Source: Candidatus Poribacteria bacterium (lineage in GTDB: Bacteria > Poribacteria > WGA-4E > UBA9662). Taken from it: a stretch of DNA of 64,000 bases. The stretch spans positions 10,157-74,156 of the forward strand of contig JAYZAL010000011.1 of the NCBI GenBank assembly GCA_036339735.1, given 5' to 3'. Positions 50,251 through 59,947 of this stretch are shown piece by piece. How positions within the stretch are numbered: position 1 is the first letter of the stretch; every line of letters starts with the position of its first letter. The translations under genes were made by a program, and so were the position numbers. The notes beneath the pieces were generated by a model. It was given only the letters and a program-made list of their open reading frames with translations, searched no databases and was not told where the DNA came from.

Positions 50251-51180
50251 TTGGCTAAAGATGATAAAATCAAGGAGAAAAGGTTGAAACAAGATAGATT
50301 GCCTAACTTAGCAAAATGTCTTTTGGGCAATTCCCAATGGTCGGCTCTTATAAATATACTATCCTTTTGCCTTTTCATTCCTATGATATCTCTCGCCGGA
50401 CCAGTAATTACCAGTGGACCATTGTCAAAAGAAAAAGAAATGCAACAGCCGGAACAATCAAGGCTAAACCAAAAACGTCCTGACGCACTCTGGATACTCA
50501 ATTGGTATGGACCTGATAGTGGTTATATGAACAATGGAGGAGCAAAAAAATCTGCGAGAGTTGACCATATTAAAAATGCGACCAACGGTATTTTGGATCA
50601 ACCGAGTCTTTCGACCATAGAAGGTTTACTTAAGACCAAAGAGGTTAGGGTTAATTTTCCTCCTAAACATACTATGATTGGTACGGAAGGTGATTGGATG
50701 ATTGTAAATTTGGGAACTAGACCAGATGCTGCTGGTGGCAGAAATATGTCTTCGCGCTACGGATTTGCAGATCTTAACAATTTTGATACTTGGCAAATTA
50801 TCGTTATAAATGCACCAAAAAATATGAAGGCTATAATGTCCCCAGCTCAAGATGATTACGCACAAATTTGGATCAACGGTCAAAAGTGGCATAATGATTC
50901 TGAATGGACAGGAAGTCCCACAGAAGTTGATTTTGACGTTGAGGTCGATTTGAAGGCTGGTAACAATGTATTAGTATATCGGTGTGGAGAATCCGGCGGG
51001 CATGAATATGCCAATCTACACTTCGATCGAGACACTATGCAAAAAGTCCGGATCATTCCTGATCAAGCGAAAACAAAAGCTGCGTTTTTTGACGAGTTGG
51101 CCAATTTACCAATACTGGTTTCACATCGAGGTAGATTGGTCAATTTCTGGGCTGATTTCAAGCTAAAAAGCGGTCAGTAA
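50251..51180 (+). CDS. Uncharacterised secreted protein (PA14/CBM-like core)
   Basis: Hydrophobic signal segment; DDYAQIWING...LKAGNNVLV; C-terminal VSHRGRLVNFWADFK motif. Start uncertain. Confidence 0.65.
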   Translation: MAKDDKIKEKRLKQDRLPNLAKCLLGNSQWSALINILSFCLFIPMISLAGPVITSGPLSKEKEMQQPEQSRLNQKRPDALWILNWYGPDSGYMNNGGAKKSARVDHIKNATNGILDQPSLSTIEGLLKTKEVRVNFPPKHTMIGTEGDWMIVNLGTRPDAAGGRNMSSRYGFADLNNFDTWQIIVINAPKNMKAIMSPAQDDYAQIWINGQKWHNDSEWTGSPTEVDFDVEVDLKAGNNVLVYRCGESGGHEYANLHFDRDTMQKVRIIPDQAKTKAAFFDELANLPILVSHRGRLVNFWADFKLKSGQ

Positions 51181-51230
51181 TTGACTTTAAGTTACGTTAT
51201 TTTAGTAGGTTATAGAAAAAGGAAAATAAG

Positions 51231-52334
51231 ATGGACACAATTCGAGTTGGAATTATTGGAACAGGTGGTATTTCCCGCGCTCACCAAAAAGCATACCAAA
51301 AAGCTGGCGGGTTCGAAATCGTAGCAGTCTGTGACATTTTCGAAGAAAAAGCCAAGAAAGCTGCTGAAGAGTGGGGAGTTCCTGCTCAAAATACTTTCAC
51401 TAATGTAGAACAGATGTTAAATTCTGTGGATCTCGATACTATTAGTGTTTGTACTTATAACCAGGCTCATAAAGATCCAACTATTGCTGCTTTGAAGGCA
51501 GGAAAACACGTTTTTTGTGAAAAGCCAATGGCCGCAACCCTAGAGGATGCAACGGAAATGGTCAGAGTCGCAAAATCTAGCGGAAAAATACTACAAATTG
51601 GTATTCATAGTACTTTCAGTAGTGATATTCAATTGGCACGCAAATTAGTTGATAACGGTATCTTAGGAGATATCTATTATGCTGAAACAACGGCTACTCG
51701 CCGCCGCGGAATCCCTGGCAACACCTTTATTTATAAGAGGACTGCTGGGGCTGGAGCAGTTGTTGATATTGGAATCTACAATATGCATAATGCATTATTT
51801 GTGATGGGCTACCCCAAACCGGTTCGTGTTTCGGCTGTTACAGCTGACTATATTGCACACCAAGACCCACGCTGGGATGATATGGATGTAGAAGAATTCG
51901 GTGCGGCCTGGGTCAGATTTGATAATGGTGGAGTGTTATTGTTCAAAGTGTCTTGGGCAGTTCATCAGAATTCTTTGGGTGGTACTTACTTTTTAGGCAA
52001 AGATGCAGGTCTATCACTAGGTGGCCCAGTGGTATACGCCGATAGCTTAACAGAACAAGTACAAAATTTGGCTCAAGATCAAGGTTATGGGGTTGAGACT
52101 GAAGATGCTGGTAAAGGTTGGTTCGATCAACAGATGGTCAATATCAAATTTTCTGGTTTACCTGGTGTCGATGTCTGGAAAGCCCAAATGGAAGCCTTCG
52201 GCCACGCAGTTCGTAGTGGTACACCATCACCAATTCCACCAGAAGGTGTGGTATTGACCAATGTCATCATGGACGGTATTTTTAAATCTCAATCCCTTGG
52301 GAAAGAGGTCGAAGTTCAAGTTCCTGATTTTTAA
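51231..52334 (+). CDS. Gfo/Idh/MocA oxidoreductase
   Basis: GIIGTGGI, H..CEKPMA, GAVVDIG. Confidence 0.92.
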   Translation: MDTIRVGIIGTGGISRAHQKAYQKAGGFEIVAVCDIFEEKAKKAAEEWGVPAQNTFTNVEQMLNSVDLDTISVCTYNQAHKDPTIAALKAGKHVFCEKPMAATLEDATEMVRVAKSSGKILQIGIHSTFSSDIQLARKLVDNGILGDIYYAETTATRRRGIPGNTFIYKRTAGAGAVVDIGIYNMHNALFVMGYPKPVRVSAVTADYIAHQDPRWDDMDVEEFGAAWVRFDNGGVLLFKVSWAVHQNSLGGTYFLGKDAGLSLGGPVVYADSLTEQVQNLAQDQGYGVETEDAGKGWFDQQMVNIKFSGLPGVDVWKAQMEAFGHAVRSGTPSPIPPEGVVLTNVIMDGIFKSQSLGKEVEVQVPDF

Positions 52335-52353
52335 CTGATTAGTAGTAGGACTG

Positions 52354-53556
52354 GTGAGAATCCTCTTTTTTTCTATTACTGTCCCTTTTCCAGCTACCGA
52401 TGGTGGGCGGATTCGAGTTCTGAATTTGCTTGAGCAATTAGCAAGAACCGAGCAGATAACATTCTTAGCCTTACAAACCACACCCGAAGACCAATCTGGG
52501 ATTGATTATTTGACCGGCCTTGGTATTGATTGTCATTTGGTCGAACGTTCGCCTTCTCTACCATCGGTTACAATGGATACAGTCATTCGGGCAATTACAA
52601 AGCGACAACCAGTGACTGTTTCTCGCTATTACTCATCCAAATTGGAAAAGCTGTTTCATCAGTTGCTGGATCAGAAAAAAATTGACCTAATTCACTATGA
52701 AATGTTTCATGCCGCACAATATTCATTACCAACTAAAATACCAACGCTTCTTTCCACCCAGAATATAGATTCTTACATTTGGAAACGTTTGGCAAAAGAA
52801 ACCAAAAATCCGGTAAAAAAACTAATTTATTGGACACAAGCCAAGGCTTTCAGTAGATGTGAACGTGAGAGCTATGGTGAATTTTCGGCAGCGACTTGTG
52901 TCTCAGCTAATGACCAAGAGCTTCTGAATCGAGCTTGCCCACAATTACCTGTACATGTTATTGCTAATGGTGTTGACCTCGATCTGTATCAAGTTTCTGA
53001 AGTAATTGAAGAACCTGAGACATTAATTTTCACTGGAAGTATGGATTGGTATCCTAATGAAGACGCGGTAACCTTCTTTCTGAAGTCTATTTTGCCTCAT
53101 GTTCGGCAGAGTTATCCCAATGTGCGGATGTTGGTGGTGGGTCAGCATCCAACCGACAAACTGCGACAAATGGTCGAATTAGCAAATACCAATAGCGAAG
53201 TGATAATTACAGGACGTGTGGATGATGTAAAACCATACATAAATCGGGCTAGTGTCTATGTTGTTCCATTACGAATTGGTGGAGGAACTCGTTTGAAAAT
53301 ACTAGAAGCATTAGCCCTAAGAAAAGCTGTAGTCTCTACCACAATAGGTGCAGAAGGGTTAAATCTAGTTGATCAGCAGGAAATTGTTCTGGCGGATCAA
53401 CCAGATCAATTTGCCAGGGCAGTCATTGAACTTTTAGATGATGCTCAACGGCGCCGATCGCTAGGAGAAAAGGGACGAGAACGAGTAGAAAAAAATTATG
53501 GATGGCCGGTCATAGTTGAAAATTTAAGACAGGTATATCACAATTTAGTCAATTGA
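52354..53556 (+). CDS. Glycosyltransferase family 4
   Basis: PFPATDGGRIR, NGVD, FTGSMDWYPN, PLRIGGGTRLKILEA, STTIGAEG. Confidence 0.92.
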   Translation: MRILFFSITVPFPATDGGRIRVLNLLEQLARTEQITFLALQTTPEDQSGIDYLTGLGIDCHLVERSPSLPSVTMDTVIRAITKRQPVTVSRYYSSKLEKLFHQLLDQKKIDLIHYEMFHAAQYSLPTKIPTLLSTQNIDSYIWKRLAKETKNPVKKLIYWTQAKAFSRCERESYGEFSAATCVSANDQELLNRACPQLPVHVIANGVDLDLYQVSEVIEEPETLIFTGSMDWYPNEDAVTFFLKSILPHVRQSYPNVRMLVVGQHPTDKLRQMVELANTNSEVIITGRVDDVKPYINRASVYVVPLRIGGGTRLKILEALALRKAVVSTTIGAEGLNLVDQQEIVLADQPDQFARAVIELLDDAQRRRSLGEKGRERVEKNYGWPVIVENLRQVYHNLVN

Positions 53557-53647
53557 ACCTTAGCACTAGTTTGATTTACTCCTTGCTAAATTTAGCTATA
53601 TCTCCTAAGATGGTGCAACTCAATATTTTGGTATATATGTTATTAAT

Positions 53648-54193
53648 ATGAATAGACCCGACGGTATATGGCAAGCTATAGGTAAACAAGGAAAACGAAA
53701 ACAGGCTGAGAAAGATGTGGCTGGTCTGCTGAAGCAAATTGATCTTTTCGAAGATTTGAGTGATCGAGACCTGCGGCACATTGCTCAAATCGCTTATCGG
53801 CGCTCCTACCGATCAGGCGAACCTATAGTGATCGAAGGTCAAGACGCGGCTGGTATGTACATTATTATGGAAGGAGCCGTTGAGGTAACAAAGGAACGTG
53901 ATGATGGTTCAGTGGTCTCTTTGGCTAAACTAGGCAGTGGTAACTTTTTCGGCGACGTCGGTTTGATTGATAACTCTCCACGGACAGCTACAGTTCAAGC
54001 AATTCAGGATTCAGAAATGATAGGTTTTTTTCGACCTGAACTGATGAAGTTAATCGATTCTCATTCGCGCTTAGCTTCCACTCTGATTTTTACTCTAGCC
54101 AAAATTGTAGCTTCTCGACTACGTGTCACTAACCGGCAACTCCAAGAAGCTCATAATACGATTGAGAAACTTCAAGCTGAAATAGGCAGCTAA
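53648..54193 (+). CDS. Cyclic-nucleotide-binding domain protein (no HTH)
   Basis: LF.DL, EGQ..GMYII.EG.V, FFGDVGL..NSPRTATV. Confidence 0.88.
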   Translation: MNRPDGIWQAIGKQGKRKQAEKDVAGLLKQIDLFEDLSDRDLRHIAQIAYRRSYRSGEPIVIEGQDAAGMYIIMEGAVEVTKERDDGSVVSLAKLGSGNFFGDVGLIDNSPRTATVQAIQDSEMIGFFRPELMKLIDSHSRLASTLIFTLAKIVASRLRVTNRQLQEAHNTIEKLQAEIGS

Positions 54194-54220
54194 CCGACCA
54201 CATGATTAAATACATCTAAC

Positions 54221-55510
54221 ATGAATCATCAGTCAACGACAGAACACCCAGCTGATTCAATAGACATATTAACGGAAACGCTGCTACCAGTGTCAATAAC
54301 TGTAGACCGAATCGCGCAAGATAGTCAGTCCATCAGCCGAGAGTCTCGTCGACAATCGCAAGGTATTCGCGAACAGAACATATTTCTGAGATTAATTAGT
54401 CTCGCAATGATAACCGTTTTCATTGCAATTATTGCTGGGCTAATCTACTTAATTCGGGATACTTTGACCATCATCATGATTTCTTTTCTGATTGCTTATA
54501 TATTGTCTCCAATGGTCGATTATTTGGATGATGTTGGTCTTCCTAGAGGCTTAGCGGTCACAGTTGTACCTCTGTTGATTTTAACCTCATTTGCTTTTGG
54601 ATCCATTTTTGCAATTTCCAAAGTAGCTGGTCAAATTGACCACTTACAAACTAATCAAAACCAGGCTTTGGTTGGTCAAGTCGAACGCATACTAAATGCC
54701 TTACCGATTTCGTTAAAAGACAGATTAATTAATCAACTACGAATGGAAGTCACAACTGATGTAATCAAATCGGAACAATATGAACTTAGTACTCATCAAG
54801 TGATTGAAGCTTCTATGAAAAGAATAGAAACTCTGATCGTGGGCCAGTCGAAGCAAATTATGGGGGCTGTTACAACTTCGGCCAAAGGCTTGTTTTCGGC
54901 TTTTATTAATGGCATCATTATATTGTTCACCTCATGCTTTTTTCTGAGTGGTGGCCGTGAGATGAAAAAAGGGCTGATCAGAGCAGTACCGAACCGGATT
55001 TTTGAGCCGGCACTGATTTTACTGGATGGTATTGATCGCCAGTTGGGTGATTATCTTCGTAGCCGTTTAGTTCAAACCGTTATAATTGCCATTATATGTC
55101 TGATTGGTTATCTGATATTGGGTTTGCCTTTCGCTATTTTGCTGGGTACAGTTGCGGGCTTAGCTAACCTAATTCCATACATAGGACCATTTATTGGAGC
55201 AATACCCGCATTAGTAGTTGTCTTTGTTGACTCTCGCTTTGGGGTTGGATCAAGCTTTATCGGAATTATTGTTATAACAATAGGTGTGCAAATCATCGAT
55301 ACCGCGTTGGTTACCCCACTTTTGGTGGGAAAAAGTGTTGAATTAGATCCGATTACGACAGTGATAGTGGTCTTAGTAGGTGAACAATTTCTGGGTTTGA
55401 TTGGAATGCTAATGGCCGTTCCACTAACAGCTATGATAAAACTAATCATTGAAGAGTTAATCACTCAATTTAGGGGATATTCCCGTACACTCACCTATGG
55501 CGGATCCTAA
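54221..55510 (+). CDS. AI-2E (PerM/TqsA) family transporter
   Basis: AYILSP.VD, ID..LG.Y, NLIPYIGP, P.L.GKSV.L.P, GMLMAVP. Confidence 0.88.
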   Translation: MNHQSTTEHPADSIDILTETLLPVSITVDRIAQDSQSISRESRRQSQGIREQNIFLRLISLAMITVFIAIIAGLIYLIRDTLTIIMISFLIAYILSPMVDYLDDVGLPRGLAVTVVPLLILTSFAFGSIFAISKVAGQIDHLQTNQNQALVGQVERILNALPISLKDRLINQLRMEVTTDVIKSEQYELSTHQVIEASMKRIETLIVGQSKQIMGAVTTSAKGLFSAFINGIIILFTSCFFLSGGREMKKGLIRAVPNRIFEPALILLDGIDRQLGDYLRSRLVQTVIIAIICLIGYLILGLPFAILLGTVAGLANLIPYIGPFIGAIPALVVVFVDSRFGVGSSFIGIIVITIGVQIIDTALVTPLLVGKSVELDPITTVIVVLVGEQFLGLIGMLMAVPLTAMIKLIIEELITQFRGYSRTLTYGGS

Positions 55511-55820
55511 TCCGATGTCAAAATTTAAAGACAAAGATCTTTATCATCCTCGACTGGTCATGTTTTTTGTTGCTGTTTTTATATCCTGTTGGTGTTGGCA
55601 GATATCTGTGGATGCACTCGAACCAGAAGAACCAGAAAATGTATCTGACAAAGGAAAAACTGCACCCAGTACCCCAACCAAAATCAATCCTCCCATTTGG
55701 TTTAGCCTAATTGTGGTATTTTTGCTTGGATTATCCTTACTGAACTCTGGTATGTTTTTTTTCTTAAAAAAACGACGCAGTTTGGAGCAAAAGGCAAAAC
55801 CTGAAGAGCCATCGATTTAG
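55497..55820 (+). CDS. Small two-TM hypothetical protein
   Basis: Signal/TM, Pro/Thr linker, C-terminal TM followed by KKRR. Confidence 0.5.
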   Translation: MADPNPMSKFKDKDLYHPRLVMFFVAVFISCWCWQISVDALEPEEPENVSDKGKTAPSTPTKINPPIWFSLIVVFLLGLSLLNSGMFFFLKKRRSLEQKAKPEEPSI

Positions 55821-55844
55821 CCTGATAATGTCTCATATGATGTT

Positions 55845-57419
55845 ATGCTAGAGTTACGTGGTATTACAAAGAGATTTGGTCCGCAGATCGCCGTTTCTGA
55901 GATCAGTTTGTCCTTCCAAGGTGGACAAATCCATACACTACTAGGCGAAAACGGAGCAGGTAAATCAACACTGATGAACTTGATTTATGGCCTGTATCAA
56001 CCTAATGCGGGAGAAATTTTGATTGATGACCAAGCCGTTGAAATCTCTTCGCCTAACGTAGCTGTAGAATTGGGAATCGGCATGGTCCATCAACATTTTA
56101 TGCTAGTCCCGACATTGACAGTAGCCGAAAATATATTTCTTAGCCAGCCACTAAAACAAAGAAAAGATTGGGTTTATAAAGCAAATCAAGCGGAAAAACT
56201 GGTGGACGAGCTCTGTCAACGACATGGTGGAGGGCGTTTATCAGTTGATCCAAAAGCCAAAATCCAGCAATTGCCGGTTGGTCAGCAGCAGCGAGTAGAA
56301 ATCCTAAAGGCTTTGGCCATTGAAGCACGAATCCTGATTCTAGATGAACCAACGGCAGTTCTTACCCCAAAAGAAATTGATGATTTATTCCAAGTGCTTG
56401 ACCAACTAAGGACCGACGGTCGACTTATCATCTTTATTAGTCACAAACTCAGGGAAGTAATGGCTATCAGCGACCAAATCTCTGTTTTACGAAGGGGTTT
56501 GCATGTAATGACAACTAATGTCAATGAAACATCAGCAGCAGATTTGGCAGAGCAGATGATTGGCCGACCTGTACCTCCAGTCCACCAAAGATTAGAGGTG
56601 GAATCAGATCGACCCGTTTTAGAGATTGAACAAATAACAGTACTGAATGACTCTTCAAAACGAGCTCTTAATGACTGTACGATGACGGTCAAACGTGGAG
56701 AGATCGTTGGTATCGCAGGTATAGATGGTAATGGTCAAATAGAATTAGCACAAACTATTATGGGGCTGCAAAAGGTCGAATCAGGCCATATTCGATTCTA
56801 TCCCTCAAACGAACTTCAATCTGATAAGTCCTCTGAACCAGTAACTAATATGCCCACCCACCATCTACGTCAGAAACCTTATGGTTATATCCCAAGCGAT
56901 CGACACACAGATGGACTCGTTCTACCCTTTTCACTAAATGAAAATCTTTTGCTCAACCCACATCAACTGAAGAAACATCTTAATAGAAAAAGTTGGTTTA
57001 GTTTTCTTGGTATCGTTTTAGATAGAGATGCACTTCGTTTCTCGATGGCCGATCTAGTCCAAAAATTTGATATCCGTACACCTAGTACAGAAATTAGCGC
57101 AAATGCTCTTTCAGGCGGTAATCAGCAAAAAGTAATTATTGCCCGTGAGCTTTCTACTAACCCTGATTTTTTACTGGCAGTTAACCCAACGCGTGGACTA
57201 GATGTCGGAGCTATTGACTACGTCCATCAACAACTGCTCGATCAGAGACAAAAACAGCGAGGGGTTCTGCTAATTTCGAGTGAACTAGATGAGGTTTTAG
57301 CTCTTAGTGATCGTATTTTTGTTATCTTCGACGGACAACTTACTTTAGCAACAGACTTTCGTGATAACTTATCTCGACTAGGTCAAATGATGATCGGTGA
57401 ATCATCCAATAAAGAATAG
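55845..57419 (+). CDS. Sugar/nucleoside (CUT2, NupA/YufO-like) ABC transporter ATP-binding protein
   Basis: GENGAGKST, GMVHQHFML, DEPTAVL, ISHKL, LSGGNQQK, PTRGLD. Confidence 0.93.
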   Translation: MLELRGITKRFGPQIAVSEISLSFQGGQIHTLLGENGAGKSTLMNLIYGLYQPNAGEILIDDQAVEISSPNVAVELGIGMVHQHFMLVPTLTVAENIFLSQPLKQRKDWVYKANQAEKLVDELCQRHGGGRLSVDPKAKIQQLPVGQQQRVEILKALAIEARILILDEPTAVLTPKEIDDLFQVLDQLRTDGRLIIFISHKLREVMAISDQISVLRRGLHVMTTNVNETSAADLAEQMIGRPVPPVHQRLEVESDRPVLEIEQITVLNDSSKRALNDCTMTVKRGEIVGIAGIDGNGQIELAQTIMGLQKVESGHIRFYPSNELQSDKSSEPVTNMPTHHLRQKPYGYIPSDRHTDGLVLPFSLNENLLLNPHQLKKHLNRKSWFSFLGIVLDRDALRFSMADLVQKFDIRTPSTEISANALSGGNQQKVIIARELSTNPDFLLAVNPTRGLDVGAIDYVHQQLLDQRQKQRGVLLISSELDEVLALSDRIFVIFDGQLTLATDFRDNLSRLGQMMIGESSNKE

Positions 57420-59800
57420 TGAATACTTGGCGACTCAAAATACTTTGCATAGGACTAATTATGATAGTCCTTGGTATTTTACACTTAAGCTTAGCACGTT
57501 TTTCCACTATTGTTCAGCATGGAGCTTTGGATACGCTGTTATGCATCGGCCGAGTCATTCGTTTGAACACGACAGAATCAGTTGACCAAGTGGTTACTTT
57601 GCGCATTACTTCAGGTCGCTTCCGTGGGCAAATAGTCGATTTTGACAATCAAAAAATCGGCCGAGTCTTTAGTGATCGAGATTTTTTTATCGGCGACCGT
57701 GTTTTCCTGGAAATCCCTCTCCGGACTAAAGACCAACAGAATGTTGATTCAGTTCGCTTATTAGAGCGTTTTCGCACTCCTTTTCTGCTCTATCTAGCTG
57801 GTTTCTTTAGTTGTCTGATGATCATAGTTGGTGGAGCGAAAGGCATACGAGCTTTGCTAACACTAGTGGCTTCTGCACTGACTGTTTTTTATATCCTTCT
57901 GCCATTGTTAGCAAAGGGGTATAACCCAATCGGTATCTCATTAGCTATTTCTGCTTTTCTAACACTGATAACCTTTTTATTTATTACTGGACTGAGCAGA
58001 AAAATGATTTCGGGTCTGTTTGGTACTCTAGGTGGTTTGGTCGCAGTGGGAATCCTGTCAGTTCTGAGCCAGAAGGCTTTGTATCTAACCGGTCTAGCCG
58101 AAGAGTTCGGCTATTTAGAGCTAGGTATTGCACTCTGGAGAACCCCAGCAGCTCACGGATGGAATTTTGAAGGTATTTTAGTTGCCGGTATGATTTTGGG
58201 GTCGGTCGGAGCTATGATGGATGTTGGTATGTCAATCTCATCCGCCGTTTATGAGGTTAAATCAGTCAATCCGAATATTACTGTTCGACAAGCCATTCAA
58301 GCTGGACTAAACGTAGGACGAGACGTAATGGGAACCATGGCTGATACACTTATTTTTGCCTATCTAGGTGCTGATATAATTACCCTCCTTTTACCACAAA
58401 TAGAATTTCCCGAAGTCGGTACAACCTATCCCTTTTTACGTTTGCTGAATGATGAAGCCATTTCAGCCTCAATTGTTCAAGCCATTGTGGGAACCATTGG
58501 CTTGGTATTGACAGTTCCTATCACGGCCGTATTAGCTGGACTCACGACTAGGTGGGCCAAACCAGATAATACTCTTGATAAGTCAGCTCTACCACCTGCC
58601 GAACTTGACCAACCAGCGGAACCTACTACAAACTGGCTAGTACCAATTTCCTTGTTGATCGTCATTGGCCTTACTTTTTGGCTCCAAGATTATTTACAGA
58701 AGCAATCTGCAGTGATTTCAAGCTCAACAGATAGTCAAGGTCAAATTTTAGCCCAGTCCGAATACGCTAAGGGTAAGGTGTTACAGCGCCTAGAACAGAA
58801 TGGAAATGATCTGACTCGTCAACACCACGTTCTGGAGGTCGAAATCTTATCGGGCATGTATACCGGGCAAAAAATTGTAATGAGAAACGTAGTTAATACC
58901 AAGATGCCGTTGCTGAGTATACCAGCTGAACCTGGTGACACTGTTCTTTGTCGACTAGGTGGTTCTCCTGATCAAATAGGATTAGTTAAACAAGTTCAGG
59001 CCTTTGGTCGAGACCAGTTTATTGTTTTTTTGTTAGGTTTGATGCTAATCTGTGTTATTGTCGTTGGTCGAGAAGAAGGGATTCGGACCGTGTGTGCCTT
59101 GGTCGGATCAGGTTTAGTGATTTATTTCTTTATGTTACCAATGATTGCTGAAGGCAAACCACCGGTCTTGATTGTCACTTTAAGTAGCGGTTTGATCGCT
59201 TTTTGTTCTTTGGTATTTGTTATCGGGCCGAGTCGTAAAACCTTTTCAGCCGTTTTGGGAACTATGGGCGGGGTGATGACTGCTGGTCTGATTGTTGTTC
59301 TTTCTCAACAGTTCCTGCATTTCACCGGTATGGAAGACGCCATTGCCGTTGATATTGTTGAAGCTTTACGCCAACCACCATTCGATTTTCAGCAACTTCT
59401 TCTAGCTGGTATGTTGATTGGTTTACTAGGTGTAGCTGTCGACGGTGCTATTGAAGTATCCTCCTCAATGGAAGAAATTCGTCGAGCTAATCCTAATATG
59501 TCTAGCTGGCAACTGGCATCTTCAGGGATGAATGTTGGTACTGATATTCTTGGTACTATGGTTAATACTTTGGTTTTCGCCTATATTGGTGTTCGTTTAT
59601 TATTGTTGATGGCAGTTGCATCACCCGATTTACAATTATTCAAATCACCTCTAGTCGAATTGCTTAGCGTTGGGATGATGTCATCTGAGATTCTGCGGAT
59701 TTTGGCTGGTACATTTGGTTTGGTTTTGACAATTCCGATTACAGCTTTAATTTCAGCTTTCTTGTTCGATTCTAAATCCTTGTCGGTCAAAAGAAGTTAG
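57419..59800 (+). CDS. YibE/F family membrane protein, internally duplicated
   Basis: Two copies of G.MMDV..SISS..E / G.NVG.D..GTM..TL.FAY.G / G..GLVLT.PITA, each preceded by a periplasmic beta domain. Confidence 0.85.
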   Translation: MNTWRLKILCIGLIMIVLGILHLSLARFSTIVQHGALDTLLCIGRVIRLNTTESVDQVVTLRITSGRFRGQIVDFDNQKIGRVFSDRDFFIGDRVFLEIPLRTKDQQNVDSVRLLERFRTPFLLYLAGFFSCLMIIVGGAKGIRALLTLVASALTVFYILLPLLAKGYNPIGISLAISAFLTLITFLFITGLSRKMISGLFGTLGGLVAVGILSVLSQKALYLTGLAEEFGYLELGIALWRTPAAHGWNFEGILVAGMILGSVGAMMDVGMSISSAVYEVKSVNPNITVRQAIQAGLNVGRDVMGTMADTLIFAYLGADIITLLLPQIEFPEVGTTYPFLRLLNDEAISASIVQAIVGTIGLVLTVPITAVLAGLTTRWAKPDNTLDKSALPPAELDQPAEPTTNWLVPISLLIVIGLTFWLQDYLQKQSAVISSSTDSQGQILAQSEYAKGKVLQRLEQNGNDLTRQHHVLEVEILSGMYTGQKIVMRNVVNTKMPLLSIPAEPGDTVLCRLGGSPDQIGLVKQVQAFGRDQFIVFLLGLMLICVIVVGREEGIRTVCALVGSGLVIYFFMLPMIAEGKPPVLIVTLSSGLIAFCSLVFVIGPSRKTFSAVLGTMGGVMTAGLIVVLSQQFLHFTGMEDAIAVDIVEALRQPPFDFQQLLLAGMLIGLLGVAVDGAIEVSSSMEEIRRANPNMSSWQLASSGMNVGTDILGTMVNTLVFAYIGVRLLLLMAVASPDLQLFKSPLVELLSVGMMSSEILRILAGTFGLVLTIPITALISAFLFDSKSLSVKRS

Positions 59801-59947
59801 TGACGTCTAGTAAATTTACCAGTTAGTTTGCTAGAAAGTGACTATCATCAAACTGAACGATTAGCAAAAATTGAGATTCATCCCCTATCAATTTCATCTC
59901 AAAACAATTCTTAAGCCAAATTATATAATTTAAGAGTAACAGAGGTC

